Notes: a model not told the origin generated them from the sequence alone. Positions 28,058 to 37,029 are shown, counted from the stretch's first letter. The stretch: 64,000 nucleotides of DNA from Clostridiales bacterium UBA1234 (GCA_002308995.1 DBWQ01000009.1:12852-76851); one strand, 5' to 3'. Translations and numbers: made by a program.

Positions 28058-30007
28058 GTGAAAACAAAAGTAATTTTTGTAGTATTGGCAATTATCATTT
28101 TGATGGGTACTTTGGTAGGCTGCAATCATCGTTCAAAAGAAGAGGAATCTGTGAAACAAGTGAAAGTTGAAAAAATGACTACGCCAGTGGAAGGTACTTG
28201 GCAAGGTGAGGTAACTTTCCCAGATTGGAAAGGTTATGTGGATGATACGCTTGCCATGAATAGTATGTATAGTTTTGATGGAAGAAAAGGACAGGGAACC
28301 ATTTATTTAACTGTGGAACCTGAAGTAGAAAGCTTTGATTTGTTTATCAATCATGTGAAGGTAGATACGAAGGACATGAATGATGGCACTTTTCAAATTG
28401 ACATGAAAGCGCTTACAAAAACAGGAATGAATACGGTGCAAGTAAGCAATATTACTCCAACTAGTCTAGAAAAAGCAATTACATTAAAAGTACCTTATCC
28501 AACTGTTCAAGAAGGCACCTTAGAAGAAGTGGGGCTTAGCCAAAAGCCGTTGGAATTAATTAATAACATTATTACTACTGACGTTCAATATGGTTTCACA
28601 AGTGCACAACTTGCAGTGGTGAAAGACGGAAAGCTCGTGTATCAAAATGCATGGGGCAATGTAAATGCCTATACCAAAGAGGGGAAAAGAATAGAAAATG
28701 GCACGAAAGTAACCAATGATACGCTTTATGATTTAGCGTCTAACACCAAAATGTATGCAGTGGCTTATGGGATACAGTATTTGATGGATCAAGGAAAAAT
28801 GAAACTAGAAGATACCATTGTAGATATTATGGGGAGTGAATTTGTGGATAACACCATAGAAATTAAGTATTCATCGTGGGGAGAAAAATATCCAGGACTT
28901 TCACAAATCAAAGAATGGAAATCTAAAATTACCGTCAAAGATGTGCTAATGCACCAAGCAGGTTTCCCAGATAGCGGACATTACCACAACCAAAAATTTG
29001 ATGTGGTAAATCAAAAATTAGATGCTAGTATAGATAATTTGCTGTTTGTTGAAGATGCAACGAAAGAAAAAACACTAAGCGAAGGTATTTTTAAAACACC
29101 TCTGATTTATGAGCCAAGAACAAAAACGCTTTATTCCGATATAGATTATATGCTATTAGGTATGGTTATTGAAAAAATTACCCAAAAAGATTTAAACACC
29201 TTCTTAAAAGAAACTTATTGGGAGCCAATGGGCTTAACGCATATTACTTATAATCCACTTCAAAATGGCTTTGCCAAAGAAGACTGTGCAGCAACGGAGC
29301 TAAATGGCAACACGAGAGATGGTTTAGTGGATTTCCCACACATACGTAAAGATACTATTCAAGGAGAGGTACATGATGAAGAAGCGTATTACATGATGGA
29401 AGGCATTTCCGGCCATGCAGGACTATTTGCCAGTGCAACGGACCTTGCAAAACTTGCCTCTGTCATGCTAACAGGAGGCTATGGAAATCATAAATTCTTT
29501 AGCAAAAATATCCGTGATTTATTCATCGCTCCACAAAGTAGTAGTGCAATTAGTTACGGCATTGGTTGGTGGCGAGAAGCGGATGATAAACGTGTATGGT
29601 ATTTTGGCACACAGGCACCAGAAAGTACGGTGGGGCATCAAGGCTGGACAGGTACACTAACAATGATAGATTTTGAAAACAACATGGTGGTGGTATACTT
29701 AACAAATGCAATTAACACACCAATTGCCGATACCTCTAGTATAGATACTGCCAATGATTTTAGTGGCAGATATTACACATCTTCTACCTTAGGCTTTGTA
29801 CCACAAATCATCTATATGGGGCTTGATACTGACGAAAAAGAACTAGATAAAGCTCTAGCATCGCTGATAAAAGATATGGTAGCGGAGAAACAAAAACATG
29901 TAATAGGAAAAGAAAAGAATCGAGAAGTGCCATTCCCAGAAGAACACGCCATTAAGAAAGCAAAAAAGGCACTAGAAGATGTGAAAGAAAAATGGAACAC
30001 ATGGTGA
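28058..30007 (+). CDS. Lipoprotein serine hydrolase of the class C beta-lactamase / PBP4-like family with an N-terminal accessory domain.
   Basis: GTG start after AGAGGGGGAG. Lipobox LVGC. SxxK active-site motif (YDLASNTKMY). It is a paralog of 42688-44652 and shares FPDWKGYVDDTLAMN. Confidence 0.8.
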   Translation: MKTKVIFVVLAIIILMGTLVGCNHRSKEEESVKQVKVEKMTTPVEGTWQGEVTFPDWKGYVDDTLAMNSMYSFDGRKGQGTIYLTVEPEVESFDLFINHVKVDTKDMNDGTFQIDMKALTKTGMNTVQVSNITPTSLEKAITLKVPYPTVQEGTLEEVGLSQKPLELINNIITTDVQYGFTSAQLAVVKDGKLVYQNAWGNVNAYTKEGKRIENGTKVTNDTLYDLASNTKMYAVAYGIQYLMDQGKMKLEDTIVDIMGSEFVDNTIEIKYSSWGEKYPGLSQIKEWKSKITVKDVLMHQAGFPDSGHYHNQKFDVVNQKLDASIDNLLFVEDATKEKTLSEGIFKTPLIYEPRTKTLYSDIDYMLLGMVIEKITQKDLNTFLKETYWEPMGLTHITYNPLQNGFAKEDCAATELNGNTRDGLVDFPHIRKDTIQGEVHDEEAYYMMEGISGHAGLFASATDLAKLASVMLTGGYGNHKFFSKNIRDLFIAPQSSSAISYGIGWWREADDKRVWYFGTQAPESTVGHQGWTGTLTMIDFENNMVVVYLTNAINTPIADTSSIDTANDFSGRYYTSSTLGFVPQIIYMGLDTDEKELDKALASLIKDMVAEKQKHVIGKEKNREVPFPEEHAIKKAKKALEDVKEKWNTW

Positions 30008-30053
30008 GATTTAATCTTAAAGGAATATGAAGTAACCGGAGAATGTGAAGAGT

Positions 30054-30087
30054 AAAAAAAGGAGAGCATAGTAGCTCTCCTTTTTGT
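30054..30087. terminator. Bidirectional terminator.
   Basis: AAAAAAGGAGAGC atagta GCTCTCCTTTTTG. Confidence 0.75.
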
Positions 30088-30097
30088 GCCTTTATCA

Positions 30098-30652
30098 TTA
30101 CCAACCAGTACCAAAAGCATCTAATGTATAGCCATTTTCACCAGTTCTGGCAATTCCAAGGTTGTATTTATTTCTAATCCATTGACCATCAATTTCGCCA
30201 GTAGCAGCGGTGAATTGATTTAAATCCTCTACTCCTTCTGCAATTCTTAAATCATAACTTGCTTCAAAAACAATGTCGCCTTCATTAATTTGATGATCTT
30301 TGATGGCTTCGTTGGCATCAATTTCTTCTTGTGTATATACTTTGATGTTGGTTGGAACCACTTCTTCTACAACACCTGGAAAATTATCTTTAAAGTGTTG
30401 CTCTAAAACAAGAACTACCATACCTTCATCGGTGTTGCCAACGCCCACCTGCTCTTCGGTTGTTTCAGTAGTTTCTTCAGTCACCTCTGCTTGTTCCTCT
30501 GGAGTTGTTTCTGGAGCTGTTTGTTCGGTTGTAGTTGTTTGTGTGTTTGTTTCTACAGGAGCTGGAGTAGGACCATTTACCTCTTTCTTACCACAAGCAG
30601 CAAGTGAAAAAACAGAAACAACAGCCAAAATACCAATTACAAATTTTTTCAT
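30098..30652 (-). CDS. Lipoprotein with a Thr/Glu-rich linker, function unknown.
   Basis: Signal peptide with lipobox LAAC. Confidence 0.6.
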   Translation of the reverse strand: MKKFVIGILAVVSVFSLAACGKKEVNGPTPAPVETNTQTTTTEQTAPETTPEEQAEVTEETTETTEEQVGVGNTDEGMVVLVLEQHFKDNFPGVVEEVVPTNIKVYTQEEIDANEAIKDHQINEGDIVFEASYDLRIAEGVEDLNQFTAATGEIDGQWIRNKYNLGIARTGENGYTLDAFGTGW

Positions 30653-30803
30653 ATTTAAAACCTCCTCTTAATTTTAAACTGCACTCTTTAAACGATAGCA
30701 CTTTTCCATCGATTTGTCAAAAAAATATTGAAAAAAACGCATAGTATCGATACAATAATGTTGAGATAGTTTAGAGTATTACAAATAGGTAGGAGGCATT
30801 GAT

Positions 30804-31577
30804 ATGCTAGAAAAAAGGTTAGAAGATGTATTATATCGATTTCAAGAAGAGACCAAAAAAAATTGCGTTTCCATGGAAATAGAAGAGGGAAAACCAGATA
30901 TCGAAGATACCAAACTTGGTGGGTTACCATGTTTGCCGAGAAGAGAAAGCTATCCGCATGACCATTTGGGGAGAGAAATGCCACTATTAATTCAAATCAA
31001 TTTTTCTCAATTCCATCTAGAAAATTACCCAGAAAAAGGATTACTACAAATCTACATGGGACGAGAACTTAATTATCCTACCGATTACAAAATCCGTTAT
31101 TACGAGGACGTGCCACTTCTTCGTAATGATCAATTACAAGAAATCACAGAATTAGAATACTTTGTGGTACAAAGAGAATATAGACTTCGCTTATACGAAA
31201 CACAAACCTATATGTCACTGGGAGACTACCGCTTTGAACAAACCTTTTCAGAAATATTTAATGACAGATATGGCACCAATATTAGTAGCATTTGGGATAT
31301 AGATACTATTTTAAGAGACAAAAACGCTTCTGAAGAATTCTTAGCAGCACTCAAAATTCAACCAGGCTTAATAGGAGGTTATGCCGACTTTACCCAAGAA
31401 GATCCAAGAAATCAAATGCAAAATCCACCCAAAGAGTGCCTTGTTAAAATCGATAGCCAAATGGACGAGAAAAAAATACACATCGGAGACGCCGGCATCA
31501 TCTCTGTCGTCATCTCAGAAGAGGACATCAAAAAGAGAAACTTTACCAAAGCAAAACTTGAGTGGGACTGCTTGTAA
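30804..31577 (+). CDS. DUF1963 (YwqG-like) family protein.
   Basis: KLGGLPCLP near the N-terminus and HIGDAGIISVVI near the C-terminus fit the DUF1963 pattern. Confidence 0.5.
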   Translation: MLEKRLEDVLYRFQEETKKNCVSMEIEEGKPDIEDTKLGGLPCLPRRESYPHDHLGREMPLLIQINFSQFHLENYPEKGLLQIYMGRELNYPTDYKIRYYEDVPLLRNDQLQEITELEYFVVQREYRLRLYETQTYMSLGDYRFEQTFSEIFNDRYGTNISSIWDIDTILRDKNASEEFLAALKIQPGLIGGYADFTQEDPRNQMQNPPKECLVKIDSQMDEKKIHIGDAGIISVVISEEDIKKRNFTKAKLEWDCL

Positions 31578-31580
31578 AGA

Positions 31581-31688
31581 GGCCAAGAGCGGCCGAGAGG
31601 GACGCTCGATTTTGGTCGCACCACCCTAACGCAACCCCTTCTCGCACAAGGACTTTCAAAACACGTTAGCGACCAAAAGGGACAGACG
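31581..31688 (+). repeat. GC-rich structured repeat element, copy A (homologous to 35711-35831).
   Basis: About 75% identity with copy B. Shared nested stems: GAGCG..CGCTC, TTGGTCGC..GCGACCAA (8 bp) and CTAACG..CGTTAG, with a conserved tail CGACCAAAAGGGACAGAC. Confidence 0.55.
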
Positions 31689-31750
31689 TTGTGAAACGCT
31701 TCTGCGAGAACTATTTGAAAATTGAAAAAACAAGAAAAAAGGGGATAAAA

Positions 31751-32164
31751 ATGACTTCTATATTACTACTGTTGTCAGGTATTTTTTATGCGGTTCTTTG
31801 CATTTTTAGCATTGTAACTGGTATTATCTATATGACAGGAAAGAAAGAACTAAATCCGATAGAGTTATCTGATAGCTTTATGCAAAGGTTATCAGACGAA
31901 GAAAAGAAAAAAGCGTTTACCAAGAAAATGGGATTGGTTACGTTTATTGTGGGAGTAGCTCAAGGGATTACATCGTTTGCTATTTTGAAAGCAGGGACGA
32001 AGGCATTTTACGGAATTGCGTTAGGATTTACCATTTTTTCAATTGCTTCTGTTTCAGTAAAATTAAAAGGAAAGGTAAATGCATTTCCTATCATCAAATT
32101 TGTCTTTTATATGGCGATTTTAGTGATTCTTTTATTAGCACGAACGAGAGCGTTGTTCTTTTAA
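31751..32164 (+). CDS. Small membrane protein (four TM helices), function unknown.
   Basis: Start chosen at ATG 31751 after AAAAAGGGGA (the ORF track begins upstream, inside repeat A). Confidence 0.5.
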   Translation: MTSILLLLSGIFYAVLCIFSIVTGIIYMTGKKELNPIELSDSFMQRLSDEEKKKAFTKKMGLVTFIVGVAQGITSFAILKAGTKAFYGIALGFTIFSIASVSVKLKGKVNAFPIIKFVFYMAILVILLLARTRALFF

Positions 32165-32188
32165 AATAGGAGAATGAAGGAGGTTTTT

Positions 32189-32587
32189 ATGGGATTATTG
32201 GATGATTTAAAAAATTTGGGAAAAGATGTGTTGGATGGGCTTCAAACGATTTCAAAGGATGTGGCAGGAGAAGTATCTAAAATGGAGGAAAACAGACGTG
32301 CAGAAGTGGAAAAATCAAAAATTCTTCCAGAAAAATATGAGAGTTTTCCTCAATTTATGAAAACATATTCTAGCATGGAAGAGAAGAAGACTTTTCAGTA
32401 TCAAAGATGTACGATGGATTTTTACGGCGTGACAGAACAAGAGATAAAAGACTATCGTAACCAAATTTGGGAAGCAGGGTACATACAAAGTACGAATGTG
32501 CGTTATGATAAAGATAATACGTACATTATTGTGGATTATCATGAAGCAAGTCAAAAGTTAAATTTAGTATTTCATATTAAAAAATAA
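32189..32587 (+). CDS. Hypothetical protein.
   Basis: GAAGGAGG ribosome-binding site 6 nt upstream of the ATG. Confidence 0.5.
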   Translation: MGLLDDLKNLGKDVLDGLQTISKDVAGEVSKMEENRRAEVEKSKILPEKYESFPQFMKTYSSMEEKKTFQYQRCTMDFYGVTEQEIKDYRNQIWEAGYIQSTNVRYDKDNTYIIVDYHEASQKLNLVFHIKK

Positions 32588-32616
32588 AAGCGTCTTATTG
32601 ATGAAGGGGTATAAAA

Positions 32617-33675
32617 ATGAATTTGAGCTTTCAAAACTATATTGTGCAATTGATACATAGTTTGCCGCTTTGTATCATCTCTGTTTTGATGATTGCAGTG
32701 ATTTTAGTAAATGGTTGGACGGATGCGCCCAATGCGATTGCTACATGCGTATCCACAAGAAGTATCAAGCCGAAAAAAGCCATTATGATGGCAGCGATTT
32801 GCAACTTCTTAGGGGTACTGGTCATGACGCTGTTAAGTGCCCATGTTGCCGAAACGCTATTTCGTATTGCCAATTTTGGCAATAACTCACAAAGTGCGTT
32901 GATTGCGCTTTGCTCAGGACTTTTTGCAATTGTGATTTGGGCTGTACTTGCTTGGCTGTTTGGAATTCCAACCAGCGAAAGTCATGCGTTAATTGCAGGA
33001 ATCTCGGGGGCAGCAATTGCACTACAGCATGGCTTTTCTGGCATTAGCATAGCGGAGTGGAAAAAAGTATTATTTGGACTTGTTTTATCCGTTGTTTTGG
33101 GATTCGTTTTTGGATATATCATTACGAGAGTGATTCAAATGATATGTAGAAGAATGGATCGCAGGAGAACGCTTCCTGTGTTTAAAAAATTGCAAGTATT
33201 CAGTGGTGGCGCGATGGCATTCATGCATGGAGCACAGGATGGCCAAAAGTTTATGGGTATCTTTTTGTTGGGAGTAGCTCTTGCAGGTGGAAGCATGAGT
33301 GCAGGAAGTGTTGAAATTCCATTTTGGTTAATGCTTTTATGCTCAGTGGTAATGTCTCTTGGTACATCCATTGGAGGCTATAAAATCATCAAAACTGTGG
33401 GAATGAAAATGGTAAAACTAGAGCCGTATGAAGGAACTTCAGCCGATTTGGGAAGTGCACTATGTTTATTGTTTGCAACAATGTTTGGTATTCCTGTTAG
33501 TACCACACAAGTGAAAACAACGGCAATTATGGGAGTGGGAGCCTCTAAAAGGCTTTCTAATGTAAATTGGGACATTGTAAAAAATATGGGACTTGCATGG
33601 GTGATTACCTTCCCAGCATGTGGAATCTTAAGCTTCTTACTAACGAGTAGTTTTATGAAAATTTTTAGTATATAG
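32617..33675 (+). CDS. Inorganic phosphate transporter, PiT family.
   Basis: GWTDAPNAIAT (a variant of the GANDVANAIAT PiT signature), repeated in the second half (HGAQDGQK). Multiple TM helices. Confidence 0.8.
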   Translation: MNLSFQNYIVQLIHSLPLCIISVLMIAVILVNGWTDAPNAIATCVSTRSIKPKKAIMMAAICNFLGVLVMTLLSAHVAETLFRIANFGNNSQSALIALCSGLFAIVIWAVLAWLFGIPTSESHALIAGISGAAIALQHGFSGISIAEWKKVLFGLVLSVVLGFVFGYIITRVIQMICRRMDRRRTLPVFKKLQVFSGGAMAFMHGAQDGQKFMGIFLLGVALAGGSMSAGSVEIPFWLMLLCSVVMSLGTSIGGYKIIKTVGMKMVKLEPYEGTSADLGSALCLLFATMFGIPVSTTQVKTTAIMGVGASKRLSNVNWDIVKNMGLAWVITFPACGILSFLLTSSFMKIFSI

Positions 33676-33687
33676 GAGAGAAAAACG

Positions 33688-34308
33688 ATGAAAAACGAAG
33701 GACTAAATTATTATGATGAATTTATCAAAAATGCAGAGATTGCGCTAGAAATGGCGAGAATTTTAAAGGAGTACACGGCTTCTTTTGATTATCAAAAGTC
33801 AATTGAAATTGAAGAAAAGGTGCATAAGCTAGAAAACGATGCGGATAAAAACTTACATCGCACCCTAAACTTTTTAATCAAAGATTTTTTGCCACCATTT
33901 GAACGAGAGGATATTGTGATGCTTGCTAACAAAATGGATGATACGATTGATGAAATTGACGAAATAGTGATTGATTTAGATATTTTAAATGTGACAACGC
34001 TTCGACAAGACTTTCCAGATTTTATTGAGCTAATCTATCAGACCAGTTTAAAGCTAAAAGATATGATGGATTCTTTTAAAACAGCTAAAAAATATGAGGA
34101 TGTCAAATCTCTTATTGTGGATATTAATGCCATGGAGGAATCAGGGGATAGGTTATATGCGAGTGCCATTCGTAAATTATACCAGACAGAACAAAATGCC
34201 ATTGAAATATCAAAGTGGCATACCATTTATAATAACTTAGAGTCTTGTGTAGACATGTGTGAGGATATAGCTAATTGCGTGGATGAGATTTTATTGAAGA
34301 ATTCATAA
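33688..34308 (+). CDS. DUF47 (PhoU-like, PiT-associated) protein.
   Basis: Helical DUF47-type sequence in the usual pairing with a PiT gene. Confidence 0.7.
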   Translation: MKNEGLNYYDEFIKNAEIALEMARILKEYTASFDYQKSIEIEEKVHKLENDADKNLHRTLNFLIKDFLPPFEREDIVMLANKMDDTIDEIDEIVIDLDILNVTTLRQDFPDFIELIYQTSLKLKDMMDSFKTAKKYEDVKSLIVDINAMEESGDRLYASAIRKLYQTEQNAIEISKWHTIYNNLESCVDMCEDIANCVDEILLKNS

Positions 34309-34346
34309 AAAAATAGGAAACATGTTTTGCATGTTTCCTATTTTGA
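34309..34346. terminator. Bidirectional terminator between the convergent DUF47 and RT genes.
   Basis: AAAAAATAGGAAACATG tttt gCATGTTTCCTATTTT. Confidence 0.75.
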
Positions 34347-35537
34347 ATTTTGTGCATAGTATTCATTTACTAGTGACCTATACCCACATTTTTTGAGCAT
34401 GTCATAAGGAACTTTTTCATAATTTTTTTTGTTGTGTTTTCCGGTGACTAAATAGCGTTCTTGTTCTTGTAGGTATTGGTCGATGATTTTTAAACTCTCA
34501 GCAGTAGTGATCGTAGGGAAGAACCAGTACTTCCAAGAAAGCTCTTCTTTTTCAGCTTTCCCAAAAAACTTGCGATTATATTTACGATTCATGGCTTTTA
34601 AGGCAATCTCAGGAGTTGAGTTTTTCTTTAACATCCACCTTCTGATGCCACGAGCGCTTCTTCGAATTTTTCCTTTAATTTTTCGAAGAGAGTTTTTAGA
34701 TAAATCAATGGTTTTCTCATGAAACGAAAAGCCTAAAAACTCCCATTCATCGGTAGGAGCAAAGAAATATTCTTTTTCGTGGTTTACCTTTAAGTGATAT
34801 TTTTCTAAAAATTGCATCAGCATTTGCTGGTGCTTTTTTAATTCTTCTTCGTTATGACAAAACAAAATAATATCATCAGCATAGCGGGCGTATACTACAG
34901 GCTGATTCCAAAAGTATTCATCCATTTCTTTAATATAGTAATTGGCTAAAAATGCAGAAATAGGCGTACCTGCCATCACACCTTTTTGCTCCGTTAAAAG
35001 CTCACCATGATAGGTAGCGACATTACTTTGAAGCAAGGAAACAAATAGATTGAGGAGCTTCTGGTCAGTAATATCGTATTGTAAATGTGCGATGAGAATA
35101 GAGGTGTCAATACTATTAAAGTAGTTGGAAATATCCACTTTATAGCCATGCATTTTAGAAATATTTTTAATATTACTGATATTTCTAATTGCGGTTTTCA
35201 CACTGCTATTTTTACGAAAAGAATAAAGATTTGGCGCAAATAAATAGTCGTAATCATAAAGCAAATAAGAAAGAAGCTTAAGAGCCATCATTTCGTTTTT
35301 AGAAAAGGTATAAACAGTGCGCTTTTTACCAGAATGTCCTTTAGAAATTAAGTGCTTTTGTGGAATAGAAAAAGAGTAGGTTTCATTGGCGATTTGCGCG
35401 CAAATATCCACATACTCTTTTTTTTGAATAAACTCCTCTAACTCTTTTTTTTCCTTTTGAGGAACAAAATCTTTCTCCATTTTGTAGGCTAAAAATTCAT
35501 CCCATTTTTCTTTACTCGCAATATCCTCTAAAATCAT
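34338..35537 (-). CDS. Stand-alone reverse transcriptase (retron-like / defense-associated RT; not a group II intron maturase).
   Basis: RT motifs 1 to 7 are present: RTVYTFS, YSFRKNSS, YKVDISNYFNSI, GTPISAFLANYY, YARYADDIILFC and LGFSF. A VTG triplet (ERYLVTGKH) of the kind conserved in retron RTs is present. There is no maturase X or endonuclease domain. GGAGGA ribosome-binding site. Confidence 0.85.
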   Translation of the reverse strand: MILEDIASKEKWDEFLAYKMEKDFVPQKEKKELEEFIQKKEYVDICAQIANETYSFSIPQKHLISKGHSGKKRTVYTFSKNEMMALKLLSYLLYDYDYLFAPNLYSFRKNSSVKTAIRNISNIKNISKMHGYKVDISNYFNSIDTSILIAHLQYDITDQKLLNLFVSLLQSNVATYHGELLTEQKGVMAGTPISAFLANYYIKEMDEYFWNQPVVYARYADDIILFCHNEEELKKHQQMLMQFLEKYHLKVNHEKEYFFAPTDEWEFLGFSFHEKTIDLSKNSLRKIKGKIRRSARGIRRWMLKKNSTPEIALKAMNRKYNRKFFGKAEKEELSWKYWFFPTITTAESLKIIDQYLQEQERYLVTGKHNKKNYEKVPYDMLKKCGYRSLVNEYYAQNSK

Positions 35538-35540
35538 ACA

Positions 35541-35682
35541 TCCTCCATAAAAAGGGGAAAGAACAAATTGAGAATCGATTTATCGATTACGACAAGATCA
35601 TATATATTACAGCCACCTGCCAGACTATAACACGTAATATACGAAATCCCACTGCAGATGTTTCAAAAACATCTTTCCCCTT
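35541..35682 (-). ncRNA. Structured 5' leader / candidate msr-msd-like ncRNA of the RT, bracketed by an 11-bp perfect inverted repeat.
   Basis: On the transcribed strand, 5'-AAGGGGAAAGA (+35672-35682) pairs with 3'-UCUUUCCCCUU (+35552-35562), 3 nt before the ribosome-binding site. Internal hairpins include GATGTTT ttg AAACATC and CGTATATTACG. The transcription start is predicted at the first repeat. Confidence 0.4.
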
Positions 35683-35688
35683 ACGGCG

Positions 35689-35716
35689 ATTATATCATAT
35701 TCATCCTCACGGTCAA
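35689..35716 (-). promoter_or_regulatory. Strong sigma-A promoter for the RT leader.
   Basis: On the minus strand: TTGACC, a 16-nt spacer, then TGATATAAT (extended -10). Confidence 0.6.
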
Positions 35717-35831
35717 GAGCGACCAAGAGAGGCCGACCAAGAGGGACGCTCCTTTTTGGTCGCTAGCCAATTTTCAATTCCTTCTCTCAGAACACTTTCC
35801 GGTCCCTCTTTCCGACCAAAAGGGACAGACC
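35711..35831 (+). repeat. GC-rich structured repeat element, copy B (homologous to 31581-31688). It contains an internal 14-nt duplication.
   Basis: GGTCAAGAGCGACCAAGAGAGGCCGACCAAGAGGGACGCTCCTTTTTGGTCGC...CCGACCAAAAGGGACAGACC. Stems are conserved with compensatory changes relative to copy A. Confidence 0.55.
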
Positions 35832-35925
35832 TTCCAAACCTCTTGATGCTCTAGCTTTTTCTTGCTTGCTTTTTTAGAGTATTTTTGTTATACTTTCTTT
35901 GATTTTATTTTAAGGAGGTGTCGGT

Positions 35926-36375
35926 ATGGGCTACATTAGTGATATTCGTAAGATGGTGGGACATGCACCGCTGATGTGCTGTGCTGCGGGTGCTCTCATT
36001 ATGAATGATCAGGGTCAGGTGCTTTTGCAAAGAAGAAGCGATGATGGTCTCTGGGGGAATCCTGGTGGTTCGATGGATTTAGGTGAGTCGGCTGAGGAGA
36101 CGCTAAAAAGGGAAATCTTTGAGGAAACGGGTCTTTCTATTACGCATTCGAAGTTTTTTAAACTGTATAGTGGTAAGGATGGTTATGTGAAATATCCTAA
36201 TGGTGATGAAGTTTACTATGTGAATGTTATCTACATTGTGGATGGCTTCGAAGGCACAGTGAAGGTGAATGATGAGGAAAGTCTTGAACTTAAGTTTTTT
36301 GATATCGATGCAATTCCTGAAAAGAGGACGGATCTTTTGAGTTTAATTGTGAGGGATTTGAAAAAAGGGGAGTGA
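35926..36375 (+). CDS. NUDIX hydrolase.
   Basis: Nudix box GNPGGSMDLGESAEETLKREIFEETGL. GGAGGTG ribosome-binding site. Confidence 0.8.
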   Translation: MGYISDIRKMVGHAPLMCCAAGALIMNDQGQVLLQRRSDDGLWGNPGGSMDLGESAEETLKREIFEETGLSITHSKFFKLYSGKDGYVKYPNGDEVYYVNVIYIVDGFEGTVKVNDEESLELKFFDIDAIPEKRTDLLSLIVRDLKKGE

Positions 36376-36423
36376 CAAATGTCACTCCTTTTGATATAAC
36401 ATTAGTTGGAGGATGCGATTAAC

Positions 36424-36963
36424 ATGAAAGTGAAGATTTTTAATGAGGATAATTTGAAGGAAAGTGAAATTGATGAAAAGGTTACCAGAGTGAAGGTGTT
36501 TCTTGTGAATGAGCAAAAGCAGGTTTTGGTAGCTTATTCTGGTGGTGGTATTCAGCTAGTTGGTGGTCATGTGGAAGCTGGGGAAAAGATGACGGATACC
36601 ATTAAAAGAGAGGTGTTAGAGGAAGCAGGCATTGATATTACCGACGAGATGATTACCAGCCCATTTTTTGAAATTATTTACTATACGAAAAATTACAAGA
36701 ATTCCGAGAAAAATAGGCTTTCGAATATTTATTACTACAGGATTCTAACTGAAAAAACTCCTAATTTGGATAAAATGAATTTGACAGAAGATGAGAAAAA
36801 GAAAGGCTTTCAGTTGAATTGGCTTTCTTTAGATGAGTATGAAGATCATGTGAGAAAGTTTTTAGATAGTGATAAAGAGATTAGTAGAAATGTGGCAAAC
36901 GAGATGCTTCTTGCTTTTGATGAGTATAATCAAGTGATGAAGGATGATAAGGAATCTTCATAA
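36424..36963 (+). CDS. NUDIX hydrolase (second, divergent copy).
   Basis: Nudix box VGGHVEAGEKMTDTIKREVLEEAGI. Start chosen at the ATG after GGAGGATG. Confidence 0.7.
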   Translation: MKVKIFNEDNLKESEIDEKVTRVKVFLVNEQKQVLVAYSGGGIQLVGGHVEAGEKMTDTIKREVLEEAGIDITDEMITSPFFEIIYYTKNYKNSEKNRLSNIYYYRILTEKTPNLDKMNLTEDEKKKGFQLNWLSLDEYEDHVRKFLDSDKEISRNVANEMLLAFDEYNQVMKDDKESS

Positions 36964-37029
36964 TTTCTTGATTTTTTGTGAGATTATGATAAGATGAGTT
37001 TGAACTTATTTTTTGAAAGGAGAAAAGAT

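Noticed and set aside
31381-31629. ORFs 31381-31629 (+) and 31412-31624 (-) spanning repeat copy A.
   Set aside because: They overlap the well-supported DUF1963 gene and the GC-rich noncoding repeat. They are a frame artefact of GC-rich sequence.
34338-35537. Group II intron-encoded RT/maturase.
   Set aside because: There is no maturase X or endonuclease domain. A terminator hairpin lies immediately 3' of the stop with no room for intron domains V and VI. Only about 150 nt lie 5' of the ORF, against the roughly 600 nt needed for domains I to IV. No GUGYG...AY boundaries are found in a sensible position.
31581-35831. DGR template/variable repeat pair (TR/VR) associated with the RT.
   Set aside because: Identity between the repeats is only about 75%, with indels. 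Differences are not adenine-specific. Neither copy lies inside the 3' end of a target ORF with a C-type lectin-like fold.
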